This document shows, one piece after another, positions 57,146 through 57,276 of a DNA stretch of 57,276 nucleotides. Under the pieces are notes generated by a model. That model saw nothing but the letters and a program-made list of their open reading frames with translations. It did not search any database and had not been told where the DNA came from. The stretch is taken from positions 1 through 57,276 of the IMG/VR virus record IMGVR_UViG_3300025890_000031, one strand, 5' to 3'. A program made the translations under genes and the position numbers. Each line of letters opens with the position of its first letter. The first letter of the stretch is position 1. Origin of the DNA: a virus. Lineage: Duplodnaviria; Caudoviricetes.

Positions 57146-57276
57146 TATCTACAACAATTCGCTTCTATCCAAGCTAATCTAGTTTGTATTTCTCTAACTA
57201 CATTTAAGTCTTGGTCTTGGTCTATAAGTTGTGTTTCAAGACGAGTAATTTGTATTTTGATATCGTCCCATTCCCA
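57145..57276 (-). CDS. Partial ORF (3' end; enters from the right edge)
   Basis: ...WEWDDIKIQITRLETQL...EANCCR* with TAATG coupling to the next gene. Confidence 0.6.
   Translation of the reverse strand, partial: WEWDDIKIQITRLETQLIDQDQDLNVVREIQTRLAWIEANCCR

Overview
This window is almost the whole genome of an AT-rich (about 32% GC by eye) tailed siphovirus-like phage. It looks circularly permuted and is cut inside ORFs at both ends. A whiB gene combined with low GC points to a streamlined actinobacterial host such as marine Ca. Actinomarinales (inference). Most genes are on the minus strand: head (portal, MuF, XkdF-like protease, scaffold, major capsid protein), neck and tail (with a -1 frameshifted chaperone, tape measure protein and many fibre genes), replication and recombination (DnaE, DnaB, DnaG, SSB, RecA, RuvC, Cas4-like), TerL and TerS. 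No integrase, CRISPR array or reverse transcriptase was seen. The most unusual part is the 7.6 kb between terL and just beyond terS (about 10.6-18.3 kb). (1) It is tiled with about 120 GAGNNC sites, one per ~60 bp, even through coding sequence. (2) It is bounded by two copies of a 33-bp spaced element and by A-tracts. (3) Its plus-strand early operon is divided into cassettes by abutting long-range complementary stems containing G-U pairs. (4) The operon starts with a ~480-nt GC-rich structured non-coding RNA candidate. Nearby are a 77-nt mini-tmRNA consisting only of the tRNA-like domain and several promoter-driven small structured RNA candidates. All protein family assignments come from motif recognition by eye; no database search was run.
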